Shown here piece after piece: positions 18,634 through 28,967 of a DNA stretch of 64,000 nt. Below the pieces are notes generated by a model. That model searched no databases. It was not told where the DNA came from and was given only the letters and a program-made list of their open reading frames with translations. The stretch comes from a virus. The first letter of the stretch is position 1. The number at the start of each line of letters is the position of its first letter. The DNA is taken from IMG/VR virus record IMGVR_UViG_3300045988_184153; one strand, written 5' to 3'. A program made the position numbers and the translations under genes.

Positions 18634-19224
18634 ATGGCAAAATTAAAAGAATTAGAAAAGAATATTTTCTACAAAAAAGAACTTGTTGAGACTGGATCTC
18701 AACTGGACTTGGTTAAGTGGCGGTTTGATGAACTCGGGATGAACTTATCTGATTTGACAAGAATCGTTTACGAACATCAACACACATACTATTCTTTCCT
18801 TGATAAGAAAGAATGTGAGAATGCAATCCGAAAGGTTCTTAAGAAGCGTGAAATCCAACAAATTCTCATCACTGCAATTAACTTAGACGTTCTATGTGAA
18901 CAAGGATTATTGTTAGAACCACTCCAAAGTATGGTATGGAAAGATGAGGGCACGTTCGGGGTAGATGAAGTTTTGATTCACTCTGCACAATTGTTTGGAT
19001 CAATCGGTATCGCAAACGCCTATAATCTTGACAAAGAAAAACCAGGAATTATTGGTGTCACTGACAAGGTTGGCAAGAACTCCAAGTACTGTAACACATT
19101 CTTAGATGACGCACTTTGTGTTGTCTGCGGTGCTGCAATGGGGAAAATTGCCCACTCTTACGGTCTCGAAGCTCAGGAGAAACTATCAGGAGCTCTTGAC
19201 GATAACTTGCTAGACATTCTATAA
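18634..19224 (+). CDS. Hypothetical protein (196 aa) with CxxC (CVVCG) near the C-terminus
   Basis: ORF track. AAAGAAAGAAGGTG SD. Shares a palindromic TAATTATAATTA -10 region with the divergent gene 17651..18547. Terminator at 19230-19255. Confidence 0.65.
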   Translation: MAKLKELEKNIFYKKELVETGSQLDLVKWRFDELGMNLSDLTRIVYEHQHTYYSFLDKKECENAIRKVLKKREIQQILITAINLDVLCEQGLLLEPLQSMVWKDEGTFGVDEVLIHSAQLFGSIGIANAYNLDKEKPGIIGVTDKVGKNSKYCNTFLDDALCVVCGAAMGKIAHSYGLEAQEKLSGALDDNLLDIL

Positions 19225-19229
19225 CAATT

Positions 19230-19255
19230 AAAGGGACTAAATAGTCCTTTTTCTG
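19230..19255 (+). terminator. Rho-independent terminator
   Basis: AAGGGACTAAATAGTCCTTT hairpin followed by TTCT. Confidence 0.7.
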
Positions 19256-19256
19256 T

Positions 19257-19313
19257 TATAATTAAAGAAATTAAAATTATCTGAAATTATTTCAGTGGAA
19301 AGAAGGAAAAAAT
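19257..19313 (+). promoter_or_regulatory. Promoter/5'UTR cassette (TGTTATAATTAAAGAAA, CTGAAATTATTTCAG, GGAAAGAAGGAAAA)
   Basis: Direct reading. Extended -10 (TGnTATAAT). Confidence 0.7.
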
Positions 19314-20828
19314 ATGGTAATTAATACAAAATCGAATATCCAAATAGAGGCTGTCATTAATGACGATATTAATTCTGTGATTTGGGTATATCTAAAAAAA
19401 TTATTAAAATCATTAAAAGAAAATGATTGGTCAACTTGGAAGGTTACTATTGGTAATAGACTAATATATCCAGATGGCTGTTTTGGTGCAAATATCCTTG
19501 GTTTTGATTTGATAAATAAAACCATAATTTTGTCAGCTGATAATTTTTCGTCAAAAGAAAAATGCGAGTTGTCAAGTGATACTTATTTATACAAAAACCT
19601 TTGGATGAAGTGTGATTTCAAATCCAAATACACCTGCAAGAAAAATATTAGTTTTAAAGCAATGGCTGATTCTATCAATGTAGAAGATTTAATTCAAAAG
19701 ATTTTGGGCTTTATTTGTGAACTATACATTGATAATGATATGTTTAATTCAACATTTGAATTTTGGAAACAAATTTCTCTAGATAGAAATTTAAATTCTT
19801 ACAATAATCTTTTTGATTATATAAAAGACAAAAAGTTGTCAAAAAATTCTGATTTATTTTTAAAGGATCTTTTAACTAAATATTTCGTTGAATATTCTAA
19901 GAAGAATATTAAATGTATTAAGGAATCTGCTTACGAATTTGGATACGACCTTAAAGAATTTGAGAAAATTGTGCCTGGGATCATCACCAAAGATTTCATC
20001 AACGATATAATGGATTACAACAATTATGAATATAACAAACTTTATCAAGATAGCTTGTCTAAATCCGGTAAAAATTCTCTAAGTCTATTCAAATTCTTTT
20101 TAACAAACTATTATTTATTTAAGGAGAGTGTTTTGAATCGAGAGGATTCAAATTACAGAGATAATTTGCTAGTATTATCCACTATTTTATTCTTGGTAGA
20201 AGAAAATAGGTTTTCAAATTCATTAACATTTTCGCCTAAAATCTCAGCTTTGTACCAGTCTGACACAAGTGCTTATAATATTGCAGCAAAAGACCTCCTT
20301 AATTTATTAAAGGAAGAGTTTGGCACTGTAATTGTAAGAGTTGATTGCATTCGCTATCTTATTTACAGTAAGGAGATTCGTGATATCCACTTATCTTTAG
20401 GAAAGAACGATTTTTCTATCAGAAATTTTTCATCTTTGTTGAAAAATATTCGCTCTTTAGGTAAAGATAATTTTGAGCTTGTAATGAAATACAATAATCG
20501 TATAAGTGCAACCCCAGATAACGTTTTACTGATAAGTAAACACAAAAACGTTCCAACCCTTTTGATGGAAGTTAATTATTTTAAAGAATACAAATATTCA
20601 ATTAGAGAAGAATATCTGTATTACAGCAATTTAATTGATGTTGCTAAAGACACAAAAGAGTTGTTATCTGAATCATCTAGAGATAAGATTGTATTGCTAG
20701 ATGATTTTCAGAAGGAGTGTGGTGAACAAATCCAGAAGATGGGGTACAATCGTTTTTTAGGATTTTTTAGAAAAATCTTATCAAAATTAAAATCAGAAAA
20801 AATAAAATCAATTTCTGATTTTCTATGA
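19314..20828 (+). CDS. Hypothetical protein (504 aa), starts MVINT
   Basis: ORF track. Canonical cassette upstream. Confidence 0.7.
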   Translation: MVINTKSNIQIEAVINDDINSVIWVYLKKLLKSLKENDWSTWKVTIGNRLIYPDGCFGANILGFDLINKTIILSADNFSSKEKCELSSDTYLYKNLWMKCDFKSKYTCKKNISFKAMADSINVEDLIQKILGFICELYIDNDMFNSTFEFWKQISLDRNLNSYNNLFDYIKDKKLSKNSDLFLKDLLTKYFVEYSKKNIKCIKESAYEFGYDLKEFEKIVPGIITKDFINDIMDYNNYEYNKLYQDSLSKSGKNSLSLFKFFLTNYYLFKESVLNREDSNYRDNLLVLSTILFLVEENRFSNSLTFSPKISALYQSDTSAYNIAAKDLLNLLKEEFGTVIVRVDCIRYLIYSKEIRDIHLSLGKNDFSIRNFSSLLKNIRSLGKDNFELVMKYNNRISATPDNVLLISKHKNVPTLLMEVNYFKEYKYSIREEYLYYSNLIDVAKDTKELLSESSRDKIVLLDDFQKECGEQIQKMGYNRFLGFFRKILSKLKSEKIKSISDFL

Positions 20829-20976
20829 TTTTTTTGTTAGATCTTTTAATAAAATTTATAAAAAGGGTATCTAAAAGACGCTCTTTTTATTTTTTATTAC
20901 AATATATATAAAAATATATATTAAAAAGTTATATAATACAAAGGAGTAAAGAAAAAAAATACGGGGGAAATGTTTT

Positions 20977-22878
20977 TTGAGAAACAATAAAAAAATTCTA
21001 AATAGGATTGCAGGATCATCTGCTATTGTTATTACAGCTCTAGGTTCTGGAGCTGGTGCAGTAGCAACTCAGATTCCTGGAATTATGAGTACAGTTCTTG
21101 CTGAAGAAGCTAAGAACGTCAATGCAACAGCAACCCTTGATGTAGGTATTCAAGAAAATAGTAATTTTGGACGAACTGATAAATTCGAAATCAGTGCCGA
21201 AGTAAAACAACCAGTCAAGGAAGGCGATACTGTAACATTTACAGCTCAAGGTATTAGTGCTACAGCCTTAAATAATCAAGAAGTTAAAACTGCTGATGGT
21301 ACTGTAATTGGTGTTATCAAGGCTAAGGTGGGAGTTGGTTCTCCGACAGGACCTGACTATTGGAAAACTGTTTATTATAAAGATAAAAACAACCTCTCAA
21401 AAGAAAACAAAGACTTGAAACCTACAGACCAAGAAGTTTCTGAGATTCAAGTTGTATTCAACAAGAAAGCAGAAGAGTTCCAAAATCTATCCTTTAAAGT
21501 TGGATCAAATAATAATCGAACAGTTATCACTGTGCCAGTAAAAGATAAGGTTGAAAAAATCAATATCAAGCTTGGTGAAAAAACCCTAGTTGAAAAGGAA
21601 AATAAAGTTTCTGCTGCTAAAATTGTTCCAAATAATTTAAATAAAAATTATTTTGGAGTTATTAGTGAAACATCGAATATCTACAACACAGAGAAAGGTT
21701 TAGGTGGTGGTGTTTCCACATTCGGCTCAGTGCCAGCAAAAAACAAAGGTTTTAAGACGGGTGATAAATTCACAATTGAATTACCTAATGATGCTGGAGT
21801 AAAAGTTGATGTTAATCGTGCCTATAAAGTTGGAGAGGTTATTACACTAAGTCACGGTAGACTTTTAAGGGAAGAAGTTACAACAGTGAACACTAACGGT
21901 GTTATACTTACACAAAAAAATGATATTAAAGTCAAAGTTGTGGAGATTAATGCTGATAAAGCTGTTTTTGAAGTTGTTGATCAGCCAAACTTTTATTACG
22001 AAGATGTTAACATTCCATTGGCTGTTGTTGCAACAGACGTAAGTAAAGTTGATCAAGCAAACAACCGTGTTAATGTTAAGTTCAAAACATCTTTCGAATC
22101 AAAATCAGATCCAACTTTAAATACTACAGAAGAATCAAAAGACGCTTACATTCCAATTCGTGGAACAAGCCTTTCTTCTACTGGTGTTAAATTAGAGTTT
22201 AAAACAACACAATGGCGTGACGTTGATACGAATAAGAACCTGAAAGCTTCTAAGGTTGACACAAAGACTTATCCAGCTGATAAGATTGAAGGTTACACTT
22301 TTGTTCGTACAGATACAGATACAAAAACTGGTAACGTTATCCACTTCTTCAAGAAGGTTGGTGATACAGGATCACGTGATGATGTAAAGGATATTAAGAC
22401 AACACGTTTCCTTGAAAAAGGAACAAATAAGGTTCTTAAACCTGAACAAAAAGGTGATAAATTCTTAGAAGCCGGAACAATAGATGGTTATACTTTCGTA
22501 AATTCTGAGGTAAAAGGTGATATCACAACTCACTTCTTTAAGAAAGCTGAAGAACCTAAAAAGCCAGAAGTTCCTAAAACTACAGAACAACCTAAGACTA
22601 CGGAAGTTCCAAAAACAACTGAAGAGCCTAAAACAACTGAAACTCCTGCAACAGAGGAGCCTAAGAAACCAGAAGCTCCAAAAACAACAGAGGCTCCTAA
22701 AACGGAAGAACCTAAAAAGGTAGAAAAACCTAAAACTGCCGACGTTAAAACACCAGACAAAAAAGACGCTGTGAAGACAGGAGCTAACGCTTCTGTTGCA
22801 TTCGCTCCACTTATCGGGATTGCCAGCGGTGTTGGTGCTATTGGTGCCGCAGTCTACGTCGTAAAAAAACGTAAATAA
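20977..22878 (+). CDS. Cell-wall-anchored surface protein (633 aa), TTG start, signal peptide, C-terminal P/T/E-rich repeats and AVKTGANAS sorting signal
   Basis: Signal peptide ILNRIAGSSAIVITALGSGAGAVATQ. C-terminal VKTGANAS...TM...KKRK. Its last about 200 nt before the repeats are near-identical to 23034..25028. Confidence 0.8.
   Translation: MRNNKKILNRIAGSSAIVITALGSGAGAVATQIPGIMSTVLAEEAKNVNATATLDVGIQENSNFGRTDKFEISAEVKQPVKEGDTVTFTAQGISATALNNQEVKTADGTVIGVIKAKVGVGSPTGPDYWKTVYYKDKNNLSKENKDLKPTDQEVSEIQVVFNKKAEEFQNLSFKVGSNNNRTVITVPVKDKVEKINIKLGEKTLVEKENKVSAAKIVPNNLNKNYFGVISETSNIYNTEKGLGGGVSTFGSVPAKNKGFKTGDKFTIELPNDAGVKVDVNRAYKVGEVITLSHGRLLREEVTTVNTNGVILTQKNDIKVKVVEINADKAVFEVVDQPNFYYEDVNIPLAVVATDVSKVDQANNRVNVKFKTSFESKSDPTLNTTEESKDAYIPIRGTSLSSTGVKLEFKTTQWRDVDTNKNLKASKVDTKTYPADKIEGYTFVRTDTDTKTGNVIHFFKKVGDTGSRDDVKDIKTTRFLEKGTNKVLKPEQKGDKFLEAGTIDGYTFVNSEVKGDITTHFFKKAEEPKKPEVPKTTEQPKTTEVPKTTEEPKTTETPATEEPKKPEAPKTTEAPKTEEPKKVEKPKTADVKTPDKKDAVKTGANASVAFAPLIGIASGVGAIGAAVYVVKKRK
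22375..22580 (+). repeat. About 200-nt near-identical (about 97%) segment shared with 24522-24727 (encodes RDDVKDIKTTRFLEKGTNKVLKPEQKGDKFLEAGTIDGYTFVNSEVKGDITTHFFKKAEEPKKPE)
   Basis: Direct alignment by eye; only a few synonymous differences. Confidence 0.85.
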
Positions 22879-23033
22879 TAAAAACTTAAATAAAAATAAA
22901 AACTAAGATCGTTGCGAAATACATTCGTGGCGGTCTTTTTTTTTTGTATATATATAAGAATATAGTTGCAAATATCCTATAATACAAAAGAGTGAAGAAT
23001 GATAAACAATAAAAATTTCGTGAGGGAATAAAT

Positions 23034-25028
23034 TTGACAAATAAGAAAAAATTAATGAATCGTATTGCTGGTTCCTCTGCAATTTTAGTAACCGCATTAG
23101 GTTCTGGAGTTGGAACTGTATTAACTCAAGCACCGAGCTTATCTAACACTGTATTTGCAGCAGAAGGTAGAGCTGTAACAAATATAGAGGGTACTGGTAA
23201 ACTCGAGATCCTTACAAAACCGAAAGTTGAGGGTACAAAAATTTACAGAACACCACAATTCGATACCAACCAAAGTTACGAGTTTACGGTGAACGACAGT
23301 AATCTTAAGGAAGGCGATTATATCCCAATTCAAGGTGAAGGTTTGAATCTCTTACCAGATGACGTTCGTGTAGGCGAAACTGTTGTTGGAAAATTGGTTT
23401 ATGATAAGACAGATTTGAATCTTCCTAAATCAGGAAACTGGAATGCGAGCGAAGATAATGTGAATGACTCGACACATAAACTTTTAGGAACTCAACATTG
23501 GAAGATTGTGTTTAATAAAGAAATCGAGAAATTCCAAAATCCAAAAATAAAACTTGATATTAAAAATAAACGTATTGAGGGTCACAAGAATTACAAACCT
23601 AACGGTGGAGCTGACGTCACGCTATCAATGAAATTTGGTAACAAGATGTTGATAAACGAAACTGTTAAGGTTGAAGGTTTGGATAAACCACAAGAAAAAA
23701 ATGGCATTTACTTTGGTAGTGGTGATGGTTGGTGGACAACTACACTTGAAACAAGTGGAAAGCTCGTCAGCGATAATTTCTTTCCAATGGCAGTTACTAC
23801 ACCACTAAACGAATCAGGGCAACCAAACTTTGAAGTTGGAGATTTAATTGAATGGAACTTTGGTGAAGGAAGTGAAAACTTCGTCGTAACTCCGAAAGAT
23901 TATGTAAAACTTGGTAGCGAATTAAAACACGTTGACACATTAGATAATTTCAATCTAACTTCTTACAAAGTAAATAAAAATACAGGTGCTATCTTAGTTG
24001 ATGATAACAATGTAAAAGTTAAGCTTGTCGAAGCTGGTAAGAATAAAATTGTGGTACAAGTCGTTCGTGCAGGAGCCCCTGGTACAATCTCAAACTTTGG
24101 AAATGATTTCAAGGCAGAACTTACATCAACTAAAGGTGTGGACTTAAACAAGATGGTTGCGCCACCCGTCGCAGTAAACACAAAACTAATCCGTAACGGA
24201 AAAGTTTTAGCAGAGCAAAACAGAAACTTTACTCCTAAAATTTCAGGCGTAGCAATCGGTGCCAACGCTAATTTAGTTAAACGTGGATCTGTTGTAGTTA
24301 CAGGTGTTGATGAACAAGGTAAGAATCTATTCAAAGCGGTTGTTGCTGTAAACAACGAAAAGGTTGGTACAGACTACAAGGTTGATGAATCCAAATACAA
24401 CAAAGTTGAAGGATACACATATTCTGGACTTAAACAAGGATCTGCACCAGTTTCAGGTAAAATTATTGAGGGAACTCAAACAGTTACACTTCTATTTAAG
24501 AAAAATCAAGATGAGAAACCTCGTGATGATGTAAAGGATATTAAGACAACACGTTTCCTTGAAAAAGGAACAAATAAGGTTCTTAAACCTGAACAAAAAG
24601 GCGATAAATTCTTAGAAGCTGGAACAATCGACGGTTATACTTTCGTAAATTCTGAGGTAAAAGGTGATATCACAACTCACTTCTTCAAGAAGGCTGAAGA
24701 GCCCAAAAAGCCAGAAGCTCCTAAAACAACTGAGACCCCTAAGACAACTGAAGAACCTAAAAAAGTAGAAGAACCTAAGACCACCGAGATTCCTACGACA
24801 GAAGAACCTAAGAAACCAGAACAACCTAAGACAACAGAAGAGCCTAAAACGACAGAAGAGCCTAAAAAGGTAGAAAAACCAAAAAACCCTGATGTTAAAA
24901 CATCAGACAAGAAAGAAGCTGTTAAGACTGGAGCTAACGCTTCTTCTACAATAGCTCCACTAATCGCTGTTGCTATTGGATCTGGCGTAATTGGTGCTTC
25001 ACTATATGTTTCTAAAAAACGTAAGTAA
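23034..25028 (+). CDS. Cell-wall-anchored surface protein (664 aa), TTG start, signal peptide, AVKTGANAS sorting signal
   Basis: Signal peptide LMNRIAGSSAILVTALGSGVGTVLTQAPSLSNTVFA. C-terminal repeats and anchor as in 20977..22878. Confidence 0.8.
   Translation: MTNKKKLMNRIAGSSAILVTALGSGVGTVLTQAPSLSNTVFAAEGRAVTNIEGTGKLEILTKPKVEGTKIYRTPQFDTNQSYEFTVNDSNLKEGDYIPIQGEGLNLLPDDVRVGETVVGKLVYDKTDLNLPKSGNWNASEDNVNDSTHKLLGTQHWKIVFNKEIEKFQNPKIKLDIKNKRIEGHKNYKPNGGADVTLSMKFGNKMLINETVKVEGLDKPQEKNGIYFGSGDGWWTTTLETSGKLVSDNFFPMAVTTPLNESGQPNFEVGDLIEWNFGEGSENFVVTPKDYVKLGSELKHVDTLDNFNLTSYKVNKNTGAILVDDNNVKVKLVEAGKNKIVVQVVRAGAPGTISNFGNDFKAELTSTKGVDLNKMVAPPVAVNTKLIRNGKVLAEQNRNFTPKISGVAIGANANLVKRGSVVVTGVDEQGKNLFKAVVAVNNEKVGTDYKVDESKYNKVEGYTYSGLKQGSAPVSGKIIEGTQTVTLLFKKNQDEKPRDDVKDIKTTRFLEKGTNKVLKPEQKGDKFLEAGTIDGYTFVNSEVKGDITTHFFKKAEEPKKPEAPKTTETPKTTEEPKKVEEPKTTEIPTTEEPKKPEQPKTTEEPKTTEEPKKVEKPKNPDVKTSDKKEAVKTGANASSTIAPLIAVAIGSGVIGASLYVSKKRK
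24522..24727 (+). repeat. Second copy of the about 200-nt near-identical segment (see 22375-22580)
   Basis: Direct alignment. Confidence 0.85.
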
Positions 25029-25142
25029 TATTTTAAAATAAAAGATTATCACTAAACTTATTTAGTGATAATTTTTTTATAAAAAACTTATTTTTATTAA
25101 GCTATAATAGAGAGAGAAATAAAAAAAGGAATGGTATTTATC

Positions 25143-26963
25143 TTGAATAAAAGAAAATTGTCATCTATTTTGGCTACTGGTGCATTAATGGTAACGGTGG
25201 CCCCTGCATTAGGAACATTTGTACAAGTAGGTAATAATATCGCACACGCAGAAGTTTTCAAAGCCGGATCTACTGGAACACGAACGATTAAATTTAATGT
25301 AAAAGCTGGAGAATCAGTGACCTCAAAGACTGAAACTGTTACAGAGCCCGTTGACTTGATTCTCGTTGTAGACGGATCAGGATCCTTCACTGAGCCTTTT
25401 AATGATGGTAAAAACCCATCTCGAAGAAAATTCCAAGCTGCTCTTATCGACGCTGCGAAATTAGTTGAATCTTTACCAGAGGGATCTCAGGTTATGATTG
25501 CTTCCTATACTTGGAATACGACAGAATCGTACACATCTAACAGAATCACTAATTTAATTCCAAAAGCAGACGCCGCTAGAATTTTGAAAGATATCCTAAA
25601 TAAACCATCTGATTTAGACTGGTATACAACTTGGGAAAGATACTTATCTGATGTCGATAAAAAGATTTACAGCTCTTACGAAAAATTACCATACGAAGAA
25701 GCTTATGAAAAATCTAAAGCAAACAAAAATAAATATGTTTCTGTAGTGCAATTCACCGATGAATGGGTGCCAAATGAGGATATTGATACTTCTTTTGCTG
25801 AGTGGTCTAAGAAGAATGCAAAGACCTTTATGAGTGTAATTTATAACAAGACTGATAATGCTGCAATTTCTGAAGCTCAGATGAAGAAAATTGGACACCC
25901 AAATATTTACAACGCACGTGGAAAAACTGATGATCAACGTCAAAAGGACATTATTGAAAAATTCAAAACATCAGGTTTAAAAACAACAGTTATTAAAAAT
26001 CGAGTCTCTCCAGAGGGTGTTGTGACAGTTAAGGCCGAAAAGGGTATTGATATCACTGAAGTTGAATTAGTATCTCCTAAAGGAGTAAAAGAAAAACTTG
26101 AAAAACAACCAGGTGACGCAATCTCTTGGTCTTGGAAGGGTAAATTTGCTGAAGATGGAGAATATACTCTAAACTACAAGTTTACTGGAACACCTTCAGA
26201 AACAAAATCAATTACTGGTACTGTTCAAGTCTCAAATAAAGAGGTAGCGAAAGCTATTGATACCATTGAACCAAACAAATCTTCCGCTGTTGATACAGCT
26301 AAAGAGGACATTCCTTTCAAAACAATTGAAGAAAAGGATCCTACACTTCCATTTGGTGAACGTAAGGTTAAAGTTAAAGGGGTTCTAGGTGAGCGCACGA
26401 TTACAAAGACATACGATGTTCTTAATGGAAAACGTGTAGGTGATCCTAAAGTTGACACTAAGGTTACAAAAGAACCAGTTGACGAAGTTGTTCTTGTTGG
26501 TACCAAAGTAGAAGAGAAAGTAACTTATAAGACAATTCACAAGGGTGATGATGGTAAGGTTCTCAAAGAAGAAAACACTGCTGCTGAAAAGTCAGAGTTT
26601 GAAGGTTACAAGTACGTTAAAACTGAAGCTGATAACTCAGACAAGTTAAACGTCGTGACAACTCACTATTACCATAAGCTAATCACAACCTATAAGGGTG
26701 TGGATGAAAACGGCAAGGAAGTTGTTTTAGAAAAAGTAGACGGAACTAAGGACAAAAAAGATTTCAAGGGTTACATCTTCGAAAAGACAGAAAAATTAGA
26801 TAACGGTGACGTTGTTCATCACTACAAGGCTAAAAAGGCTGATGAGAAGAAAAAACCGGTAGAAACCGGAGCTAATGCTGGATCAATGTTACTTCCGCTC
26901 GGAGCGCTGGGAGCCTCTGTTGCTCTTGTTAGCGTCGCTAGATTTAAGTCTAAAAGAAAATAA
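25143..26963 (+). CDS. vWA-domain surface adhesin, tandem paralog 1 (TTG start at 25143 preferred over the ORF-track ATG 25131); C-terminal PVETGANAGS sorting signal
   Basis: MIDAS-like DLILVVDGSGSF motif. Signal peptide NKRKLSSILATGALMVTVAPALG...AHAE. AAGGA sits 12 nt before the TTG. C-terminal about 530 nt are about 90% identical to paralog 2. Confidence 0.75.
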   Translation: MNKRKLSSILATGALMVTVAPALGTFVQVGNNIAHAEVFKAGSTGTRTIKFNVKAGESVTSKTETVTEPVDLILVVDGSGSFTEPFNDGKNPSRRKFQAALIDAAKLVESLPEGSQVMIASYTWNTTESYTSNRITNLIPKADAARILKDILNKPSDLDWYTTWERYLSDVDKKIYSSYEKLPYEEAYEKSKANKNKYVSVVQFTDEWVPNEDIDTSFAEWSKKNAKTFMSVIYNKTDNAAISEAQMKKIGHPNIYNARGKTDDQRQKDIIEKFKTSGLKTTVIKNRVSPEGVVTVKAEKGIDITEVELVSPKGVKEKLEKQPGDAISWSWKGKFAEDGEYTLNYKFTGTPSETKSITGTVQVSNKEVAKAIDTIEPNKSSAVDTAKEDIPFKTIEEKDPTLPFGERKVKVKGVLGERTITKTYDVLNGKRVGDPKVDTKVTKEPVDEVVLVGTKVEEKVTYKTIHKGDDGKVLKEENTAAEKSEFEGYKYVKTEADNSDKLNVVTTHYYHKLITTYKGVDENGKEVVLEKVDGTKDKKDFKGYIFEKTEKLDNGDVVHHYKAKKADEKKKPVETGANAGSMLLPLGALGASVALVSVARFKSKRK

Positions 26964-27092
26964 AAACTAACTTATAAGTTATAAAAAAGGTATCCAAATT
27001 GGATACCTTTTGGAATTTTTAAAATCACTAAGAATATCAAGATACGATAACCTATAATAGATAAAGAAATAAAAAAAGGATTGGTACTTATT

Positions 27093-28919
27093 TTGAATAA
27101 AAAATTATCATCTATCTTAGCTACTGGCGCATTAATGGTTACTGTATCGCCAGCACTTGGAACTTTTGTTCAGGTTGGCAACAACATCGTACACGCAGAA
27201 GCCTTTAAAGCGGGATCTACCGGGACACGAACATTAAAATTCAATGTTAAAGCTGAAGAAAAGATAAATACGAAAACTGAGACTGTAGCTGAACCAGTTG
27301 ATTTAATTATGATTATCGACGGATCTGGATCTTTTATTGTTCCTTTTGATAGTGGAGATAATCCACAGAGACAAAAAGTAAACGTGGCATTAAGTGACGC
27401 CTTGAAACTTGTAGAATCTCTTCCTGAAGGATCACAAGTTATGATTGCCTCTTACACTTGGAACTCAAAAGATTCTTACGCAGCGAAAGGTGTTAGTAAT
27501 TTAATTTCAAAGGCTGACGCCATCAAAACTCTTAATGATATCAAGGACAAATCAAAACTATCTGATTTTGACTGGTACACAACTTGGGAGAATTATCTTA
27601 AGACTGTAGATTCAAAAATTTACAATAAAAATTCTGAAACTCTTCCATACGAAGAAGCATACGAAAAGAGCACAGCTAAAAAGAACAAGTACGTATCTGT
27701 AGTTCAATTTACAGATGAGTGGATTCAGAACGAAGACATCGACACCTCTTTTGCTGATTGGTCTAAGAAGAATGCGAAGACTTTTATGAGTGTCATTTAT
27801 CCTAAAATTAATGGAAGTACAAAGTCTGAAGAGCAGATGAAAAAAATCGGACACCCTAATATTTACAACGCTCGTGGAAAAACTGACGCAGTACGACAAA
27901 AAGATATTATTGAAAAATTCAAAAGCTCTGGTTTGAAAACAACTGTCACCAAGGATCGTATTTCTCCTGACGTGGTTGTATCTGTTAAAGCAGAAGACGG
28001 TGTAGATTTGACGGAAGTTGAGTTGGTATCTCCTACTGGAGCAAAGAAAAAACTTGAAAAAAACTCCGGTGACGCAACATTTTGGTCTTGGAAAGGCAAA
28101 CTAGAAGAAGATGGTGAGTATACACTTAATTACAAATTTACGGGTACACCTTCTGAGACTAAAACTATTACAGGAAGTGTGCAAGTTTCAAATAAAGAAG
28201 TGGTAAAATCAGTTGATACGATTGAGCCTAACAAGTCAAGTTCTGTAGATAAATCAGAAGAGGATATTCCTTTTAAAACGATTGAAGAAAAGGATCCTAC
28301 ACTTCCACTGGGAGAACGTAAGGTTAAAGTTAAGGGTGAAATCGGTAAGAAATCCACCACTAAGACTTACAATATGGTGAACGGTAAACGTGTGGGTGAT
28401 CCTAAAGTTGATACCAAGGTTACAAAAGAACCAGTTGACGAAGTTGTTCTCGTTGGTACCAAAGTAGACGAAAAAGTAACTTATAAGACTATTCACAAGG
28501 GTGACGATGGTAAGGTTCTTAAAGAAGAAAACACTGCTGCCGAAAAATCCGAGTTCGAAGGATACAAGTACGTTAAAACAGAATCTGATAATTCGGATAA
28601 GTTGAACGTCGTGACAACTCACCACTACCATAAGCTCATCACTACCTACAAGGGTGTGGATGAAAACGGCAAGGAAGTTGTTTTAGAAAAAGTTGACGGA
28701 ACTAAGGACAAGAAAGACTTCAAGGGTTACATCTTTGAAAAGACAGAAAAATTAGATAACGGTGACGTGGTTCATCACTACAAGGCTAAAAAGGCTGATG
28801 AGAAGAAAAAACCAGTAGAAACTGGAGCTTCAGCTGGATCAATGTTACTTCCAATTGGTGCACTAGGAGCCTCTGTTGCTCTTCTAGGAGTTGCTAAGTT
28901 TAAATCTAAAAGAAAATAA
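27093..28919 (+). CDS. vWA-domain surface adhesin, tandem paralog 2 (TTG start at 27093 preferred over 27081); PVETGASAGS sorting signal
   Basis: DLIMIIDGSGSF motif. Matching signal peptide. Conserved C-terminal half (THHYHKLITTYKGVDENGKEVVLEKVDGTKDKKDFKGYIFEKTEKLDNGDVVHHYKAKKADEKKKPVETGA). Confidence 0.75.
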   Translation: MNKKLSSILATGALMVTVSPALGTFVQVGNNIVHAEAFKAGSTGTRTLKFNVKAEEKINTKTETVAEPVDLIMIIDGSGSFIVPFDSGDNPQRQKVNVALSDALKLVESLPEGSQVMIASYTWNSKDSYAAKGVSNLISKADAIKTLNDIKDKSKLSDFDWYTTWENYLKTVDSKIYNKNSETLPYEEAYEKSTAKKNKYVSVVQFTDEWIQNEDIDTSFADWSKKNAKTFMSVIYPKINGSTKSEEQMKKIGHPNIYNARGKTDAVRQKDIIEKFKSSGLKTTVTKDRISPDVVVSVKAEDGVDLTEVELVSPTGAKKKLEKNSGDATFWSWKGKLEEDGEYTLNYKFTGTPSETKTITGSVQVSNKEVVKSVDTIEPNKSSSVDKSEEDIPFKTIEEKDPTLPLGERKVKVKGEIGKKSTTKTYNMVNGKRVGDPKVDTKVTKEPVDEVVLVGTKVDEKVTYKTIHKGDDGKVLKEENTAAEKSEFEGYKYVKTESDNSDKLNVVTTHHYHKLITTYKGVDENGKEVVLEKVDGTKDKKDFKGYIFEKTEKLDNGDVVHHYKAKKADEKKKPVETGASAGSMLLPIGALGASVALLGVAKFKSKRK

Positions 28920-28941
28920 TGAGTTAATTAATAAAAACAAA

Positions 28942-28966
28942 AAAGGTATCTAACCCAGATACCTTT
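28942..28966. terminator. Bidirectional terminator between convergent genes
   Basis: AAAGGTATCTAACCCAGATACCTTT hairpin flanked by A-run and T-run. Confidence 0.75.
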
Positions 28967-28967
28967 T

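Noticed and set aside
18501-18689. ORF 18501..18689 (+), and the ORF-track N-terminal 30 aa of 17651..18640
   Set aside because: Both are translations of the divergent promoter/cassette region. The true starts were reassigned to the ATGs that follow the AGAAAGAAGG SDs (18547 on the minus strand and 18634 on the plus strand).
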